Origin: a bacterium
GTDB taxonomy: Bacteria; SAR324; NAC60-12
Reading direction: 5' to 3'
NCBI GenBank assembly: GCA_965209155.1
Contig: OZ242383.1
Span: 4,000,001 to 4,064,000 of the forward strand
Length of the DNA stretch: 64,000 nucleotides
Of this stretch, positions 29,200 through 39,219 are shown in pieces. The notes beneath the pieces are model-generated. The model ran no database searches, was not told the origin of the DNA, and saw only the letters and a program-made list of their open reading frames with translations. Numbering within the stretch: position 1 is the first letter of the stretch; each line of letters starts with the position of its first letter. A program made the translations under genes and the position numbers.

Positions 29200-30042
29200 A
29201 TGAATGAGAAATTTGAGAATCCTCCCTTACAAGGTAGAGTGGCCTGGGTGACTGGTTCTTCCCAGGGTATCGGTCGTGCCATTTCACAAGAACTCGCCCG
29301 GCTTGGATGTCGGATTGCGCTTCATGGGATAAGCGAGGATGCTCCGGGTTATTTTGGGGTAGACTCGCCGAAAACGATGCGGCACGTCGTCGATGAGATT
29401 AAGAATACTCATGGTACTGAAACGATGTCCGTATTGGGGGATTTAACCCGGGAGGCCGAGGTCAAACGCATGGCCAACGAGATTCGTGCTGACTGGGGAC
29501 AAATCGATATACTCATATGTTGCGCCGGCGGGATCATAGGTGCGAAAGGGCTGGCTCGTGGACGCTCCGCAGTTCCGAAAATGGATGATGCTTTATTCAT
29601 TTCTTTGGAAGATTTCCATAGTGTGATTGACCGCAATTTAATGACTGCAGTGCTTTGCTCTCGGGAAGTGGCCCCTGAAATGATGAAACGCAAATGGGGG
29701 CGGATCATCACTCTTGGCAGTCAGGCGGGAACAAAGGGCCACAAAACAAGCACTGCCTATTGCGTCGCAAAAGCGGCGGTCCATATGTTCACGCGTTGTT
29801 TGGCTGACCAACTACGAGAATATAACATTTCAGTGAATTGCATTGCGCCAGGTCTTATCTCGAGTGAACGATTGATGCACAACAACCCCCATTGGAAAAA
29901 AGGTCAATCCGGCACGCTCGATCGGGTCGGCAGCGTGGAAGAAGTCGCCAGCCTGGCAGGTTTTTTGTCTTCGCCTGGAGGCGCATATATCAGTGGACAG
30001 GTTATTCAGGTCGATGGCGCCCTCAATCTTTTTGCCAGCTGA
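29200..30042 (+). CDS. Short-chain dehydrogenase/reductase
   Basis: VTGSSQGIG, YCVAK, VNCIAPG, YISGQVIQVDG; AGGAG RBS upstream. Confidence 0.92.
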   Translation: MNEKFENPPLQGRVAWVTGSSQGIGRAISQELARLGCRIALHGISEDAPGYFGVDSPKTMRHVVDEIKNTHGTETMSVLGDLTREAEVKRMANEIRADWGQIDILICCAGGIIGAKGLARGRSAVPKMDDALFISLEDFHSVIDRNLMTAVLCSREVAPEMMKRKWGRIITLGSQAGTKGHKTSTAYCVAKAAVHMFTRCLADQLREYNISVNCIAPGLISSERLMHNNPHWKKGQSGTLDRVGSVEEVASLAGFLSSPGGAYISGQVIQVDGALNLFAS

Positions 30043-30587
30043 GGATTGAATCGCTGCTGAGAATTTATACTCGATGGGGCTTGCCATCACCCTTGAAAAA
30101 TGGATTAACATTGGAAAGCTGCGGAGCTTAATAGACCCTTCCTTCAAGGTCCGCTTGCCACTTTTCAACCATGGCACCAGTTTATCGAAATCCAATTTCC
30201 ACTCCTGATGAGAAGAAATTTTCCAATGATTGGGATAACCCCTTGGCTTTGACGTAAAACCGGTGCTCCATTTTATCTTTCAATTGTTCCAGCGCTTCCA
30301 AATGAAAAGCAAAATTCTCGGCACATTCAGGGCCGTGACTCAATGAATGGATATAGTTGTGGGAATGGACCTTGGATTCCGGGTCTTCGCCGGAAGGAGA
30401 ATGCTGCGAATAGCCGGAAGGAGAAAAGCATGTACGCACTTTTGCACGATGCTACAAGAAATTTTATGGTATTCAAAAGTGCTGGTTTTGGCTAGAATGG
30501 ACGGAAAATGAAATTCAATATAATCAATCATACCAGAGTGAATAAAGAAATCCCAACTCAGCACTCTCGAGTGAGAAAGGAAAAAAC

Positions 30588-32231
30588 ATGAATGGCATAG
30601 AATATGTAGCAAAAATCTTAAAATCTGAAGGGATCGCAGCGATGACCTGTTTCCCATCTAATCCGATCATTGAAGCCGCTGCGAAAGAAGGAATCCGTGT
30701 CGTCACTTTTCGTCATGAACGTGGAGCTGTGATGGCAGCCGATGGCATCAGCCGCACCAGCGCCCGCCAACAGTTTGGGGTGGTAGCCGTCCAGTCGCAA
30801 GCGGGTGCGGAAAATTCAATGGGTGGCCTGGCTCAGGCCTATGCGGATAACATCCCGGTTTTGGTATTGCCAGGGGGAATCCCCATCAGCCAAATGGGGG
30901 TCCGGCCAAATTTTTCGGCGGTCCATAAATATCAGGGTTGGGTCAAGCAAATCGAAGCGATCTATGCACCGGAAGAGGTGGGCAATGTCATGCGGCGAGC
31001 TTTTCACGCATTGCGCAGTGGCCCTCCTGGCCCGGTGATAGTGGAATTGACTGTTGATGTTTGCAACCGGGAGGTGCCAACGGAGTCCCAGAATTACAAA
31101 CCTCCCCGACCTGCTCTGCAAACACCCGCCCCTTCTGATATACGGGATGCCGTCCAAAAGTTGCTTGCTGCCAGGAAGCCCATCATTCGTGCCGGGGGTG
31201 GAGTGTTGTTGTCGGGAGCCACCACAGAATTGGAAGAATTGGTAGAATTGACGGGAATCCCCGTGTTTTGCTCAATGCCTGGGAAATCGGCGTTTGACGA
31301 ACGTCACCCCCTCTCTTTGGGAGCCGGCAGTCGAGCTTCCACACTGGCAGGACACCAATGGCAGAAGGATTGCGATGCGTTGCTCGCCCTGGGTACCAGT
31401 TTAACACGCACTCCTTATGCCTATCCGATCCATCCCGGAAAATTTCTCATTCAAAATTCAATCAATCCGGAGGACATCAATAAGGATGAAAGCGTGGACA
31501 TCGGGCTGGTTGGCGATACGCGGTTGACAATCCTGGCTCTCATTAAAGAATTCAAAGCCCAGGGAACGGTCGCAGATTCTGCGAAAATATCCCGGGTTCG
31601 ATCAGAAATACAGACCATGAAGGAAAAATGGTTGGAACAATGGATACCCCTGCTCACCTCGGAAGAAACCCCTCTCAATTATTACCGGGTCATCCATGAG
31701 ATCGATCAAACCCTGGATTGGGAAAACAGCATCGTCACTCACGATGCCGGAGCCCCTCGGGACAGCATGATGCCCTTTTACACGGCCACTACAGCGAACA
31801 GTTATGTCGGCTGGGGAAAGACGACCCATCTTGGTTTTGGCATTCCACTCTTGATTGGCGCAAAACTGGCTCATCCAGACAAATTTTGCCTGAATTTGAT
31901 GGGCGATGGCGCCTTCGGTATGTCCGGGTTGGATCTTGAAACGGCAGTGCGTACGCAACTGCCCATCACAACGGTGCTCCTCAATAATGGCGCCATGGCG
32001 ACTTATGCAGGTTCCAATGCAATGGCTATCGCCCAAGAGCGTTACGGTGTCACTTACATGCAAGGAGATTATGCCCGAATTGCCGAAGGGATGGGGGCAG
32101 TGGGAATTCGAGTTTCTCAACCCTCCGAAATGGCTCCGGCCTTGAAAGAAGCCCAGCGTTTAAACAAAGAAGGTCAGACGGTTTTGATTGATGTGCAGGC
32201 AAATGTCGAGGGGAGGCGCTCGATTTTCTGA
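30588..32231 (+). CDS. Thiamine-pyrophosphate-dependent enzyme (acetolactate synthase-like family)
   Basis: RHERGA..AADG, GPPGPV, GDGAFGM...NN motif. Confidence 0.92.
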   Translation: MNGIEYVAKILKSEGIAAMTCFPSNPIIEAAAKEGIRVVTFRHERGAVMAADGISRTSARQQFGVVAVQSQAGAENSMGGLAQAYADNIPVLVLPGGIPISQMGVRPNFSAVHKYQGWVKQIEAIYAPEEVGNVMRRAFHALRSGPPGPVIVELTVDVCNREVPTESQNYKPPRPALQTPAPSDIRDAVQKLLAARKPIIRAGGGVLLSGATTELEELVELTGIPVFCSMPGKSAFDERHPLSLGAGSRASTLAGHQWQKDCDALLALGTSLTRTPYAYPIHPGKFLIQNSINPEDINKDESVDIGLVGDTRLTILALIKEFKAQGTVADSAKISRVRSEIQTMKEKWLEQWIPLLTSEETPLNYYRVIHEIDQTLDWENSIVTHDAGAPRDSMMPFYTATTANSYVGWGKTTHLGFGIPLLIGAKLAHPDKFCLNLMGDGAFGMSGLDLETAVRTQLPITTVLLNNGAMATYAGSNAMAIAQERYGVTYMQGDYARIAEGMGAVGIRVSQPSEMAPALKEAQRLNKEGQTVLIDVQANVEGRRSIF

Positions 32232-32239
32232 GTTAAGGG

Positions 32240-32396
32240 GCATTTTTGAGGGTTTGCCGGATCATTACGACCCGCCCCCGGAGCCTCTTATAATCTGCTA
32301 AGCTACAAATCATTGAGAAAATCCTTTGACGATTGGGCCCTGAAAGAATTGAGCGGGCATTATGTGAATTATCGCAAACAGATCAGTCCTTCATTT
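32240..32396 (+). pseudogene. Internal fragment of an Rpn-like / PD-(D/E)XK-type protein
   Basis: Frame reads YNLLSYKSLRKSFDDWALKELSGHYVNYRKQISPSF; resembles the N-terminal part of the family whose C-terminus appears at 42785-43221. Confidence 0.55.
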
Positions 32397-32411
32397 CCGA
32401 TTTGCACGTAA

Positions 32412-32505
32412 CAGGAACCTCGTAAGGGATGTATCATCTCTTGTCTGACCGGCAAAGCCTATCAGGTTCGCACCAGCAGAGTTGATGGATTAATGAGATT
32501 AATTA
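32412..32505 (-). mobile_element. Isolated end of the same IS200/IS605-like element
   Basis: TGTCTGACCGGCAAAGCCTATCAGGTTCGCACCAGCAGAG...TAATGAGATTAATTA, shared with copies 1 and 2. Confidence 0.75.
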
Positions 32506-32750
32506 ATTTGCGGAAGCGGGAGTGTTTTCCTGCCTATCATTGAAATGACTGACTTTCAATGGGTCACACGGAGAACAGTACGTTACTCTGGGGGCCAAAT
32601 CGATTTCTCTTTTATCTTTTTTTACAATTAAATCATCATTTAAAAAGAATAAAATGTATTTTTCTTGACAAGCGAACTGTAAAGAATTTCGGCAGATAGA
32701 AAGCGATTTTTAAAATTCAAAGCGATCAAATTTCATCGTTTTCCAGACAA

Positions 32751-32779
32751 TTGCAGGAAAGGAAGAACAGTGATAAACT
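32751..32779 (+). promoter_or_regulatory. Sigma70-type promoter (TTGCAG-N17-TAAACT); repeated at 38268, 42226 and, diverged, at 39854
   Basis: The -35/-10 pair with a 17-bp spacer is conserved in four places. Confidence 0.65.
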
Positions 32780-32816
32780 GCAAGCAGTTATTCCAGTTTG
32801 AGGCAAAAAGAAGGTC

Positions 32817-33437
32817 ATGAGAAGATTGTGGATCATTTGGTTGATGGGAGGAATAAGCTTGTTGCTAAGCCAAGTCGCGGTATATGGGCAACAAACGCTC
32901 GGATTTACCCAGGAAGATCGAGAGCGTATCATTCGGCTGGAAACCACCTTAACGCTCTTTATGGAAGCCACCGATCAACGCTTTGAACAAGTGGACAACC
33001 GCTTTGAACAAGTGGATAAGCGCATTGTCGAATTACGGGAAGACATGAACAAGCGCTTTGAACAAGTGGATAAGCGCTTTGTTGAATTACGGGAAGACAT
33101 GAACAAGCGCTTTGAACAAGTGGATAAGCGCTTTGAACAGATGATGAATACCTTACAGCTGATTGCCGGAATTTTTACCGTCCTGACTCTGGGTGTCATC
33201 GGATTTGCCTATTGGGACCGACGCACTGTTATTCGCAAAGCAAAACAAGAAACCCTGGAAACGCTGGAGCGGGACGCCGTTCCTAAAGAAGAAGCAATTA
33301 TCGACCGGGCTGTAGCACAAGCGGTGCAAGAGATCAAAAAAGACAATCGTCTGCAAGACTTGATTGCTGCTTTACGCAAATTGGCTGCCACCGACCCACC
33401 TTTGGCAAACGTTCTCAAAGAATTTCATTTATTGTAG
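32817..33437 (+). CDS. Membrane-anchored coiled-coil protein, copy 1 (206 aa, longest stalk)
   Basis: Signal-like N-terminus, RFEQVDK heptad and R(I/F)VELREDMNK hendecad repeats, TM helix, WDRRT, C-terminal tail. Confidence 0.9.
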   Translation: MRRLWIIWLMGGISLLLSQVAVYGQQTLGFTQEDRERIIRLETTLTLFMEATDQRFEQVDNRFEQVDKRIVELREDMNKRFEQVDKRFVELREDMNKRFEQVDKRFEQMMNTLQLIAGIFTVLTLGVIGFAYWDRRTVIRKAKQETLETLERDAVPKEEAIIDRAVAQAVQEIKKDNRLQDLIAALRKLAATDPPLANVLKEFHLL

Positions 33438-33734
33438 CTTCCATCTCGCTCCTCAAACAGTATTCCACCGGTGAAGTCCTCAAATGTTGTTTTGAGATTC
33501 TGCCTCATTCCATGTTTGGAGCGAGGAATGCTTGTAGCGCTCCGCACTCCTGATTCTTTCCAAACTTTCGAGCTTGACCCCGAAACACTTGGACCAGGCG
33601 GTGCGGCTATAGTCCTGCCTTAAGACTTCCAGCATAAAGTTGTCCGGTAATCGTTTTACGATCTTCTCCTTAACTCTATGAAGATATTTTTCAAAGGATT
33701 CCTTAGAACACCTCTCCGAGGCTCCCTTAAATCG

Positions 33735-33982
33735 TCCAATTTTCAAATTTAACTGGGATTCCAGTTGTTGAAGTTCGATAAAAATACTATCTGCAATAAC
33801 AAGACTACTAGATTCTACAATGGCCGAACTAGCGAGTATCAGATCAAAATGGTCAAAACCGAAACAAAAACTTGATCCGCTTCATCATCTAAGCTTTCCA
33901 ATCTGGATTTGATAGAGCAATGCCCTACTGCCTGAGAATCGTAAAGCATGAAGATAGTATTGGAATCCAGTAAATACTTCAT
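33735..33982 (-). pseudogene. PIN/VapC toxin remnant with an internal deletion
   Basis: MKYLLDSNTI...QVFVSVLTI, then in another frame DLILASSAIV...LVIADSIF. Confidence 0.65.
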
Positions 33983-34126
33983 TGAAATTATTGATCATGA
34001 CTCCTTTTCGATCCTGATCAACAAAGCCTATCTTTCCAATGTGTTTTTTCAGGGGGAGCAGACTTGGAACTATTCCAAAATCACTTCCAATGATGCGGAT
34101 CTATTCTGGAAGCTGCTTTTATGCGC

Positions 34127-35119
34127 TTACCATTTGAATGGATTGATCAGTCGGGCCAGGAGGCCTCGTTTGCGTTTCTGCTTTGTGGCGCTATAACTTC
34201 CCTGAGCACCCCGCAGCCTCGGGTCGAGCAGATCCCGCATGGCATCACCGAACAGGTTGAGACTGTAGACGGTCACGGTCAGGCACAGACCGGGCCAGAG
34301 CGCCAGTCGCGGCGCAATTTCCATGTACTGGCGGCCCTCGCGACTCAGCATGCCGCCCCAGCTCGGGACGTTCGCCGGCAGGCCGAAGCCCAGGAAGCTC
34401 AGCGAAGCCTCGGCTATGATGACGCCACCGACGTTGATACTGAAGATGACGATGAGCGGTGCAGCGATATTGGGCAGCACATGGCGGAAGAAGATCCGGC
34501 TCTTGCGGGCTCCCAGCGCCTTGGCGGCCTGGAAGTAGTCGTTTTCCTTGATGCCGATCACCGCGCCGCGTACCACCCGTGAGGCGGGGATACCACCGGT
34601 GATGCCAAGCACCAGGATGATCTGCAACACACCACGGCCGGTGATCGACATGATGGTGAGCAACAGGAGTAATCCGGGAAAGGACATCCACGCATCGACG
34701 AACCGCTGCGCGTAAATGTCCACCCGCCCGCCGATGAAGCCGGTCGTGCCACCGACGAGCAGGGCGACGATGACGTTCAACACCGTCGCCGCCAGCCCGA
34801 CCGTGATCGAGAGGCGAGCACCGATGATGAGGCGGCTCAAAAAGTCGCGGCCAACGTGGTCGGTGCCGAGCAGGTGCTCGACCGACGGTCCCTTCATTCG
34901 GTCTTGCACCCGTCCTCGGTCGAATTCGTAGGGCGCCAGCTGGTTGGCAAAGATGGTGATGAATACCAACGCCAGGACGATCAGGCCGCCAACGGCTCCA
35001 AGCGGTTGCTCCTTCAGGAGCCGGCGGAAGAAGCTTGCAACGGATCGGCGGTGTTCGGCTGCGGATGCTCCCGATACGCCCTCCGTGCTGCCAGGGTCGA
35101 CTGGTAGTGGCTCAGTCAT
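34127..35119 (-). CDS. Peptide/nickel ABC transporter permease (DppC/OppC-like)
   Basis: HLLGTDHVGRD, AAKALGA, RHVLPN, EASLSFLGFG..PSWG; high GC. Confidence 0.93.
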   Translation of the reverse strand: MTEPLPVDPGSTEGVSGASAAEHRRSVASFFRRLLKEQPLGAVGGLIVLALVFITIFANQLAPYEFDRGRVQDRMKGPSVEHLLGTDHVGRDFLSRLIIGARLSITVGLAATVLNVIVALLVGGTTGFIGGRVDIYAQRFVDAWMSFPGLLLLLTIMSITGRGVLQIILVLGITGGIPASRVVRGAVIGIKENDYFQAAKALGARKSRIFFRHVLPNIAAPLIVIFSINVGGVIIAEASLSFLGFGLPANVPSWGGMLSREGRQYMEIAPRLALWPGLCLTVTVYSLNLFGDAMRDLLDPRLRGAQGSYSATKQKRKRGLLARLINPFKW

Positions 35120-36083
35120 AGCGAATCCTCGGATCGAGGAAGGCGTATGTCAGGTCGGTGATCAGGTTGATCACCACCACGACCGAGGCGAAGAGCAGGT
35201 TGATGCCGGAAACCACGGGGTAGTCGCGCTCGTTGAGGGCGCTCAACATGAGGCGGCCGAGCCCCGGCAAATTGAAGATGTTCTCGATGATGACCGAGCC
35301 ACCGGCGATGATGGGGATCTGCAAGGCGATGAGTGACACCACCGGGATGAGTGCGTTCTTCACCGCATGGCGCAGCACCACCCTGCGCTCCTTAAGGCCC
35401 TTGGCCCAGGCGGTCCTCACGTAGTCCTGGCGCAGCACCTCCAACATCATCGTGCGTGTCATGCGCATGGTGCTCGCTGCCAGATAGGTCCCCAGGATCA
35501 GAGCGGGGATGATGAGTATACTCAGATTGGCCCAGGGGTCTTCGGTGAATCCGACGTAGGTCAGCGGCGGTGTCCAGCCCCACCAGATGGCCGGGTAGAT
35601 CATCACCATCAGTCCCAGCCAGAAGTTGGGAGTCGCCAGGCCGAAGATGGCGACCATCCGGCCGGCGTAGTCGGCCACCGTGTACTGGCGAATCGCCGAG
35701 TAGATTCCGATCGGCACGGCGATGATGACCCCGGTAAGGATCGCCAGCAGCCCCAACTCGACCGTGACCCCGACCCTGCCGGCGAGTTTCTCCTCCACCG
35801 TGGCGCTGCCCAGGGAGGAGGCGTACAGCGAGCGGCCGAGGGTGCCACGCAGGACGATGTCGCCGATCCACTTCGCGTATTGCGCGTAGACGGGTTTATC
35901 GAGTCCGAGTCGTCTCTTCAGAGCCTCTTCATTGATCGTGCCGCTCTGGGTTGCGGTCATTCGGGCTGTCATCACATCAATGATGTCGCCGGGAATGAAG
36001 CGAACCGAGAGAAACACCAGGACGGTGACGATGAACAGGGTCGGGATCACCAGCAGTATCCGCCTGATCACATACGCCCGCAT
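35112..36083 (-). CDS. Peptide/nickel ABC transporter permease (DppB/OppB-like)
   Basis: PGD, GLDKP, QDYVRTAWAKGL, RHAVKNA, ENIFNLPGLG, RDYP, DPRI. Confidence 0.93.
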   Translation of the reverse strand: MRAYVIRRILLVIPTLFIVTVLVFLSVRFIPGDIIDVMTARMTATQSGTINEEALKRRLGLDKPVYAQYAKWIGDIVLRGTLGRSLYASSLGSATVEEKLAGRVGVTVELGLLAILTGVIIAVPIGIYSAIRQYTVADYAGRMVAIFGLATPNFWLGLMVMIYPAIWWGWTPPLTYVGFTEDPWANLSILIIPALILGTYLAASTMRMTRTMMLEVLRQDYVRTAWAKGLKERRVVLRHAVKNALIPVVSLIALQIPIIAGGSVIIENIFNLPGLGRLMLSALNERDYPVVSGINLLFASVVVVINLITDLTYAFLDPRIRYD

Positions 36084-36099
36084 CTCAGCTCACCTTGCA

Positions 36100-37962
36100 T
36101 CAGAACCCCATTTCCGCTTTCAGGTCCCGGTCGAGCCAGAGCCGGGCAAGAACCTCGTGATAGTTTTCTGGGTGCACGAACGTCTCGCCGTTCCAACCCT
36201 TGACCCATGGATTCGCCACCTGGAAACCGGGCGACTTGCCGGTCCAAACCTGAAAATGCTGCGAAATGAGGTACTGGTCGAACTCCTTGGCAATTCGTAT
36301 CAGCTCCGCCTCGCTGGTCGCTGTTTGGAACTCGTTATAGAGTCGAATCAGCGTGGCGTTGGGAATCCCACCGAACCACTCGTTCCAACCGTGCGGCTCG
36401 GTGTCCGGTCCAAGAGAACGGGCGAAACCTATGATGTGTTCAGGGGCTGCATCGAAGCCCAAATCGCCGGTGGTCATCTCGTAGAGTCCTTCCCCTTTAC
36501 GATTCCACCAGGTGCTGCTGTCGTGGATGTTGATCTCCACCTCCACGCCGATCTCTTTGAAGTAGCCGGCCGCGATCTCGGCGAGGCCTAGGTCGATGAC
36601 GTCGCGGTGGTCGTAGGTGGCCCTGAAGCGCACGCCGTCCGCGCCGCGTGGGTAGCCGGCCTCGTCGAGCAATTGCGCCGCCTTCTCCGGGTCGTAGCGG
36701 TATTGGTCCTGGAGCTCCTTTGGCCACTCGTCGAATGGAAGAAAATAGGGTCCGGTCGCGTTGCCAAACATGCCCTGGGGCTTCCACAGCGCGTACCCGC
36801 CATAGTAGCTCTCGTTAACCGCCTCGCGGTCGATCGCCATCTGCATTGCCTGGCGGACGCGGATGTCGTCGAACGGCGGCCTACGGGTGTTCAGGCCGAT
36901 TTGCCCGAGCGCCCGGAGGAAGAAGGGGCCCACCTGGGTGTCGGGGTTGGTGCGCAGCACCGACTCTACCACCTCGAAGGTCTTGATCTCGACGCCGCCG
37001 CCGGCAACGTGGATCATGTCGACCTGGCCGGTGCGAAACGCGGCGAGGCGTGTCGCCTCCTCCGGCATGAACAGACCCACCAGCTCGTCGACGTAGGGCA
37101 GCCGGTTCTCCGGATACTTCTCGTCGAAGTCGTGGTAGTCGGGATTGCGCGTCCTGGTCATCGAGACGCCCTCGACGTAGTCAGTGAGCATGAACGGCCC
37201 GGTGCCGACCACGTTTCGCCAGTCGCTGTAGTCACCGTGCTGCTCGATGACCTCGGGTGGCAGAATCCAACTGTTGGACTGGCCGAGGATCGCCCGGGCC
37301 AGGCCGGTGCGCGGCTCGGTCAGCTTGAACTCGACCGTGTATCGGTCAAGGGCTTCGATGGATTCCCACGGATAACCCTCAACCTCGCCGGCGACTATGG
37401 GCTCGAAGTCGAGCAGGCCGGCAATGCGGCGGTAGGTAAAGGCAACGTCTTCGGCGGTGAGCTCGCGCCCGTTGACCGGCGGCTTGTCGTGCCAGCGGAT
37501 GTCCGGTTTGATCTTGACGATCAGCGTTCGGTCGTCCGGCTGTTCCCAGCTCTCGGCCAAGTGGCCCTTGAAGCGCGAGAACGGCACATACCACCCGGTA
37601 AAGCTCACCTCGTCCCGGGGAGCACCCCAGTCTCCCTTCGCAAGCTTCTCGTTGACCGCGTAGATCTGATAGCCGGCGTAGTGTCCAGTGATATGCGGGT
37701 CGGTGGTCTCCCCGTACAGCTTGTACGGGTAGGTCAGTGTCCCGCCGTATTCAGGTGCGGTGACCATCTTACCGGTCGTCGGGTCTTTGACCATGTCCGA
37801 GGCAGCGAAGGTCATAGTCGTGAAACCAAGTAAAATCATGCTGAGTAGGGCCAGCATGGCACGCCCTTTTGAGTTTCGATGATGATTTATCATAGCAATC
37901 CTTTCTTTCATTTGAGAGTAACTATTCAGGTCTTTTCCACATTTGCATTTAGTCTTTGTCAT
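36100..37962 (-). CDS. Family-5 ABC solute-binding protein (SBP1) whose leader derives from the BlaR1 fusion gene; alternative start ATG 37893
   Basis: YGGTL, LAESWE, VGTGPF, PYVD, PFDDIRVRQAM..AIDR, YDPEKA..LLDEAG; 37785-37917 is near-identical to 45015-45147. Confidence 0.92.
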   Translation of the reverse strand: MTKTKCKCGKDLNSYSQMKERIAMINHHRNSKGRAMLALLSMILLGFTTMTFAASDMVKDPTTGKMVTAPEYGGTLTYPYKLYGETTDPHITGHYAGYQIYAVNEKLAKGDWGAPRDEVSFTGWYVPFSRFKGHLAESWEQPDDRTLIVKIKPDIRWHDKPPVNGRELTAEDVAFTYRRIAGLLDFEPIVAGEVEGYPWESIEALDRYTVEFKLTEPRTGLARAILGQSNSWILPPEVIEQHGDYSDWRNVVGTGPFMLTDYVEGVSMTRTRNPDYHDFDEKYPENRLPYVDELVGLFMPEEATRLAAFRTGQVDMIHVAGGGVEIKTFEVVESVLRTNPDTQVGPFFLRALGQIGLNTRRPPFDDIRVRQAMQMAIDREAVNESYYGGYALWKPQGMFGNATGPYFLPFDEWPKELQDQYRYDPEKAAQLLDEAGYPRGADGVRFRATYDHRDVIDLGLAEIAAGYFKEIGVEVEINIHDSSTWWNRKGEGLYEMTTGDLGFDAAPEHIIGFARSLGPDTEPHGWNEWFGGIPNATLIRLYNEFQTATSEAELIRIAKEFDQYLISQHFQVWTGKSPGFQVANPWVKGWNGETFVHPENYHEVLARLWLDRDLKAEMGF

Positions 37963-38074
37963 CTTTTCTCCTTATTTGACAAAGGTGATCCCTTGAAACA
38001 AGGGCTTTTGCGTGTACAGGAAACCGCTTGGATTTGCGGCCCTGTTTCACCCTCCATTGGGTGAAAGAAAGTGC

Positions 38075-38102
38075 AGTCTACCCCCCCTCCCGAACATGTC
38101 AA
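38075..38102 (-). promoter_or_regulatory. Putative promoter of the SBP1-dppBC operon, TTGACA-N16-TAGACT, with a G7 tract in the spacer
   Basis: Minus strand reads TTGACA TGTTCGGGAGGGGGGG TAGACT. Confidence 0.5.
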
Positions 38103-38332
38103 GCAATAAATGCAAAAAAAATGTAGGGCAACCTTTAAAATACAGCGGTTTGCCCGTTTGAACATCTTGCCGGATGCGAAGAAAGATCAAACTCCACCAA
38201 TCATTTCGGCAGATAAAAACGATTTTTTAAAATTCAAAGCGATCAAATTTCATCGTTTTCCAGACAATTGCAGGAAAGGAAGAACAGTGATAAACTGCAA
38301 GCAGTTATTCCCGTTTGAGGAAAAAGGAGGTT

Positions 38333-38878
38333 ATGAGAAGATATTGGATCATTTGGTTGATGGGAGGAGTGAGCTGGTTGCTGAGTCATGTGGCGGTATA
38401 CGGGCAAGAATCGTTCGGATTTACCCAGGAAGATCGAGAGCGCATTATTCGGCTGGAAACGACCTTAACGCTTTTTATGGAAGTCACAGATCAACGCTTT
38501 GAACAAATGGATAAGCGTATTGTCGAATTACGGGAAGACATGAACAAGCGCTTTGAACAGGTAGATAAGCGCTTTGAACAGATGATGAATACCTTGCAAC
38601 TGATTGCCGGCATTTTTACCGTCCTGACTCTGGGTGTCATCGGATTTGCTTTTTGGGATCGACGTACTATTATTCACAAAGCAAAACAAGAGACCCTGGA
38701 AACGCTGGAGCGGGACGCCGCTCCTAAAGAAGAAGCGATTATCGACCAGGCAGTAGCACAAGCGGTGCAAGAGATCAAAAAAGACAATCGTCTGCAAGAC
38801 TTGATCGCTGCCTTACGCAAATTGGCTGCCACCGACCCACCTCTGGCAAACGTGCTCAAAGAATTTCATATATTGTAG
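38333..38878 (+). CDS. Membrane-anchored coiled-coil protein, copy 2 (181 aa)
   Basis: Near-identical to copy 1 with 25 fewer repeat residues; AGGAGG RBS. Confidence 0.9.
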   Translation: MRRYWIIWLMGGVSWLLSHVAVYGQESFGFTQEDRERIIRLETTLTLFMEVTDQRFEQMDKRIVELREDMNKRFEQVDKRFEQMMNTLQLIAGIFTVLTLGVIGFAFWDRRTIIHKAKQETLETLERDAAPKEEAIIDQAVAQAVQEIKKDNRLQDLIAALRKLAATDPPLANVLKEFHIL

Positions 38879-39065
38879 TTTCCATCATGCTCCTCAAACA
38901 GTATTCCACCGGTGAAGTCCTCAAATGTTGTTTTGAGATTCTGCTTCATTTTATGATTGGAGAGAAGAATGCTGGTAGCGCTCCGCACTCCTGATTCTTT
39001 CCAAACTTTCGGTCACCGTAAAGAACTGACTTATAGTGGTTTTGAGCCACCTTTCGTCATTCCTC

Positions 39066-39170
39066 CGGCACAGATCCGGACGTGCGCTACTAACGCATCC
39101 GGCTCCTGCCTCGAGTCAGACGCTCAAACGTTGATTCGGATACGGGTGAGTTGTCCTTACCGAAGGAATG
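39066..39170 (-). mobile_element. Group II intron 3' remnant (end of the RT ORF plus domain V; domain VI truncated)
   Basis: Minus strand: ...THPYPNQRLSV* followed by GAGCCGGATGCGTTAGTAGCGCACGTCCGGATCTG. Confidence 0.8.
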
Positions 39171-39219
39171 TGTAGAAGGTTTATTAGCGAAAATCCCGGA
39201 TTGGATCGAGAGAAGCCAA

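Noticed and set aside
30050..30440. Possible frameshifted minus-strand gene remnant
   Set aside because: No recognisable motif, so no product call can be supported.
32975..33140. CRISPR-like array
   Set aside because: The repeats are in-frame 21/33-nt coding modules without unique spacers, and there are no cas genes.
33440..33735. 88-aa minus-strand ORF, partly duplicated after coiled-coil copy 2
   Set aside because: Looks like a fragment with no identifiable family or convincing start.
35367..37833. Long plus-strand ORFs of 278 and 408 aa
   Set aside because: Antisense shadows typical of GC-rich dppB/SBP coding sequence.
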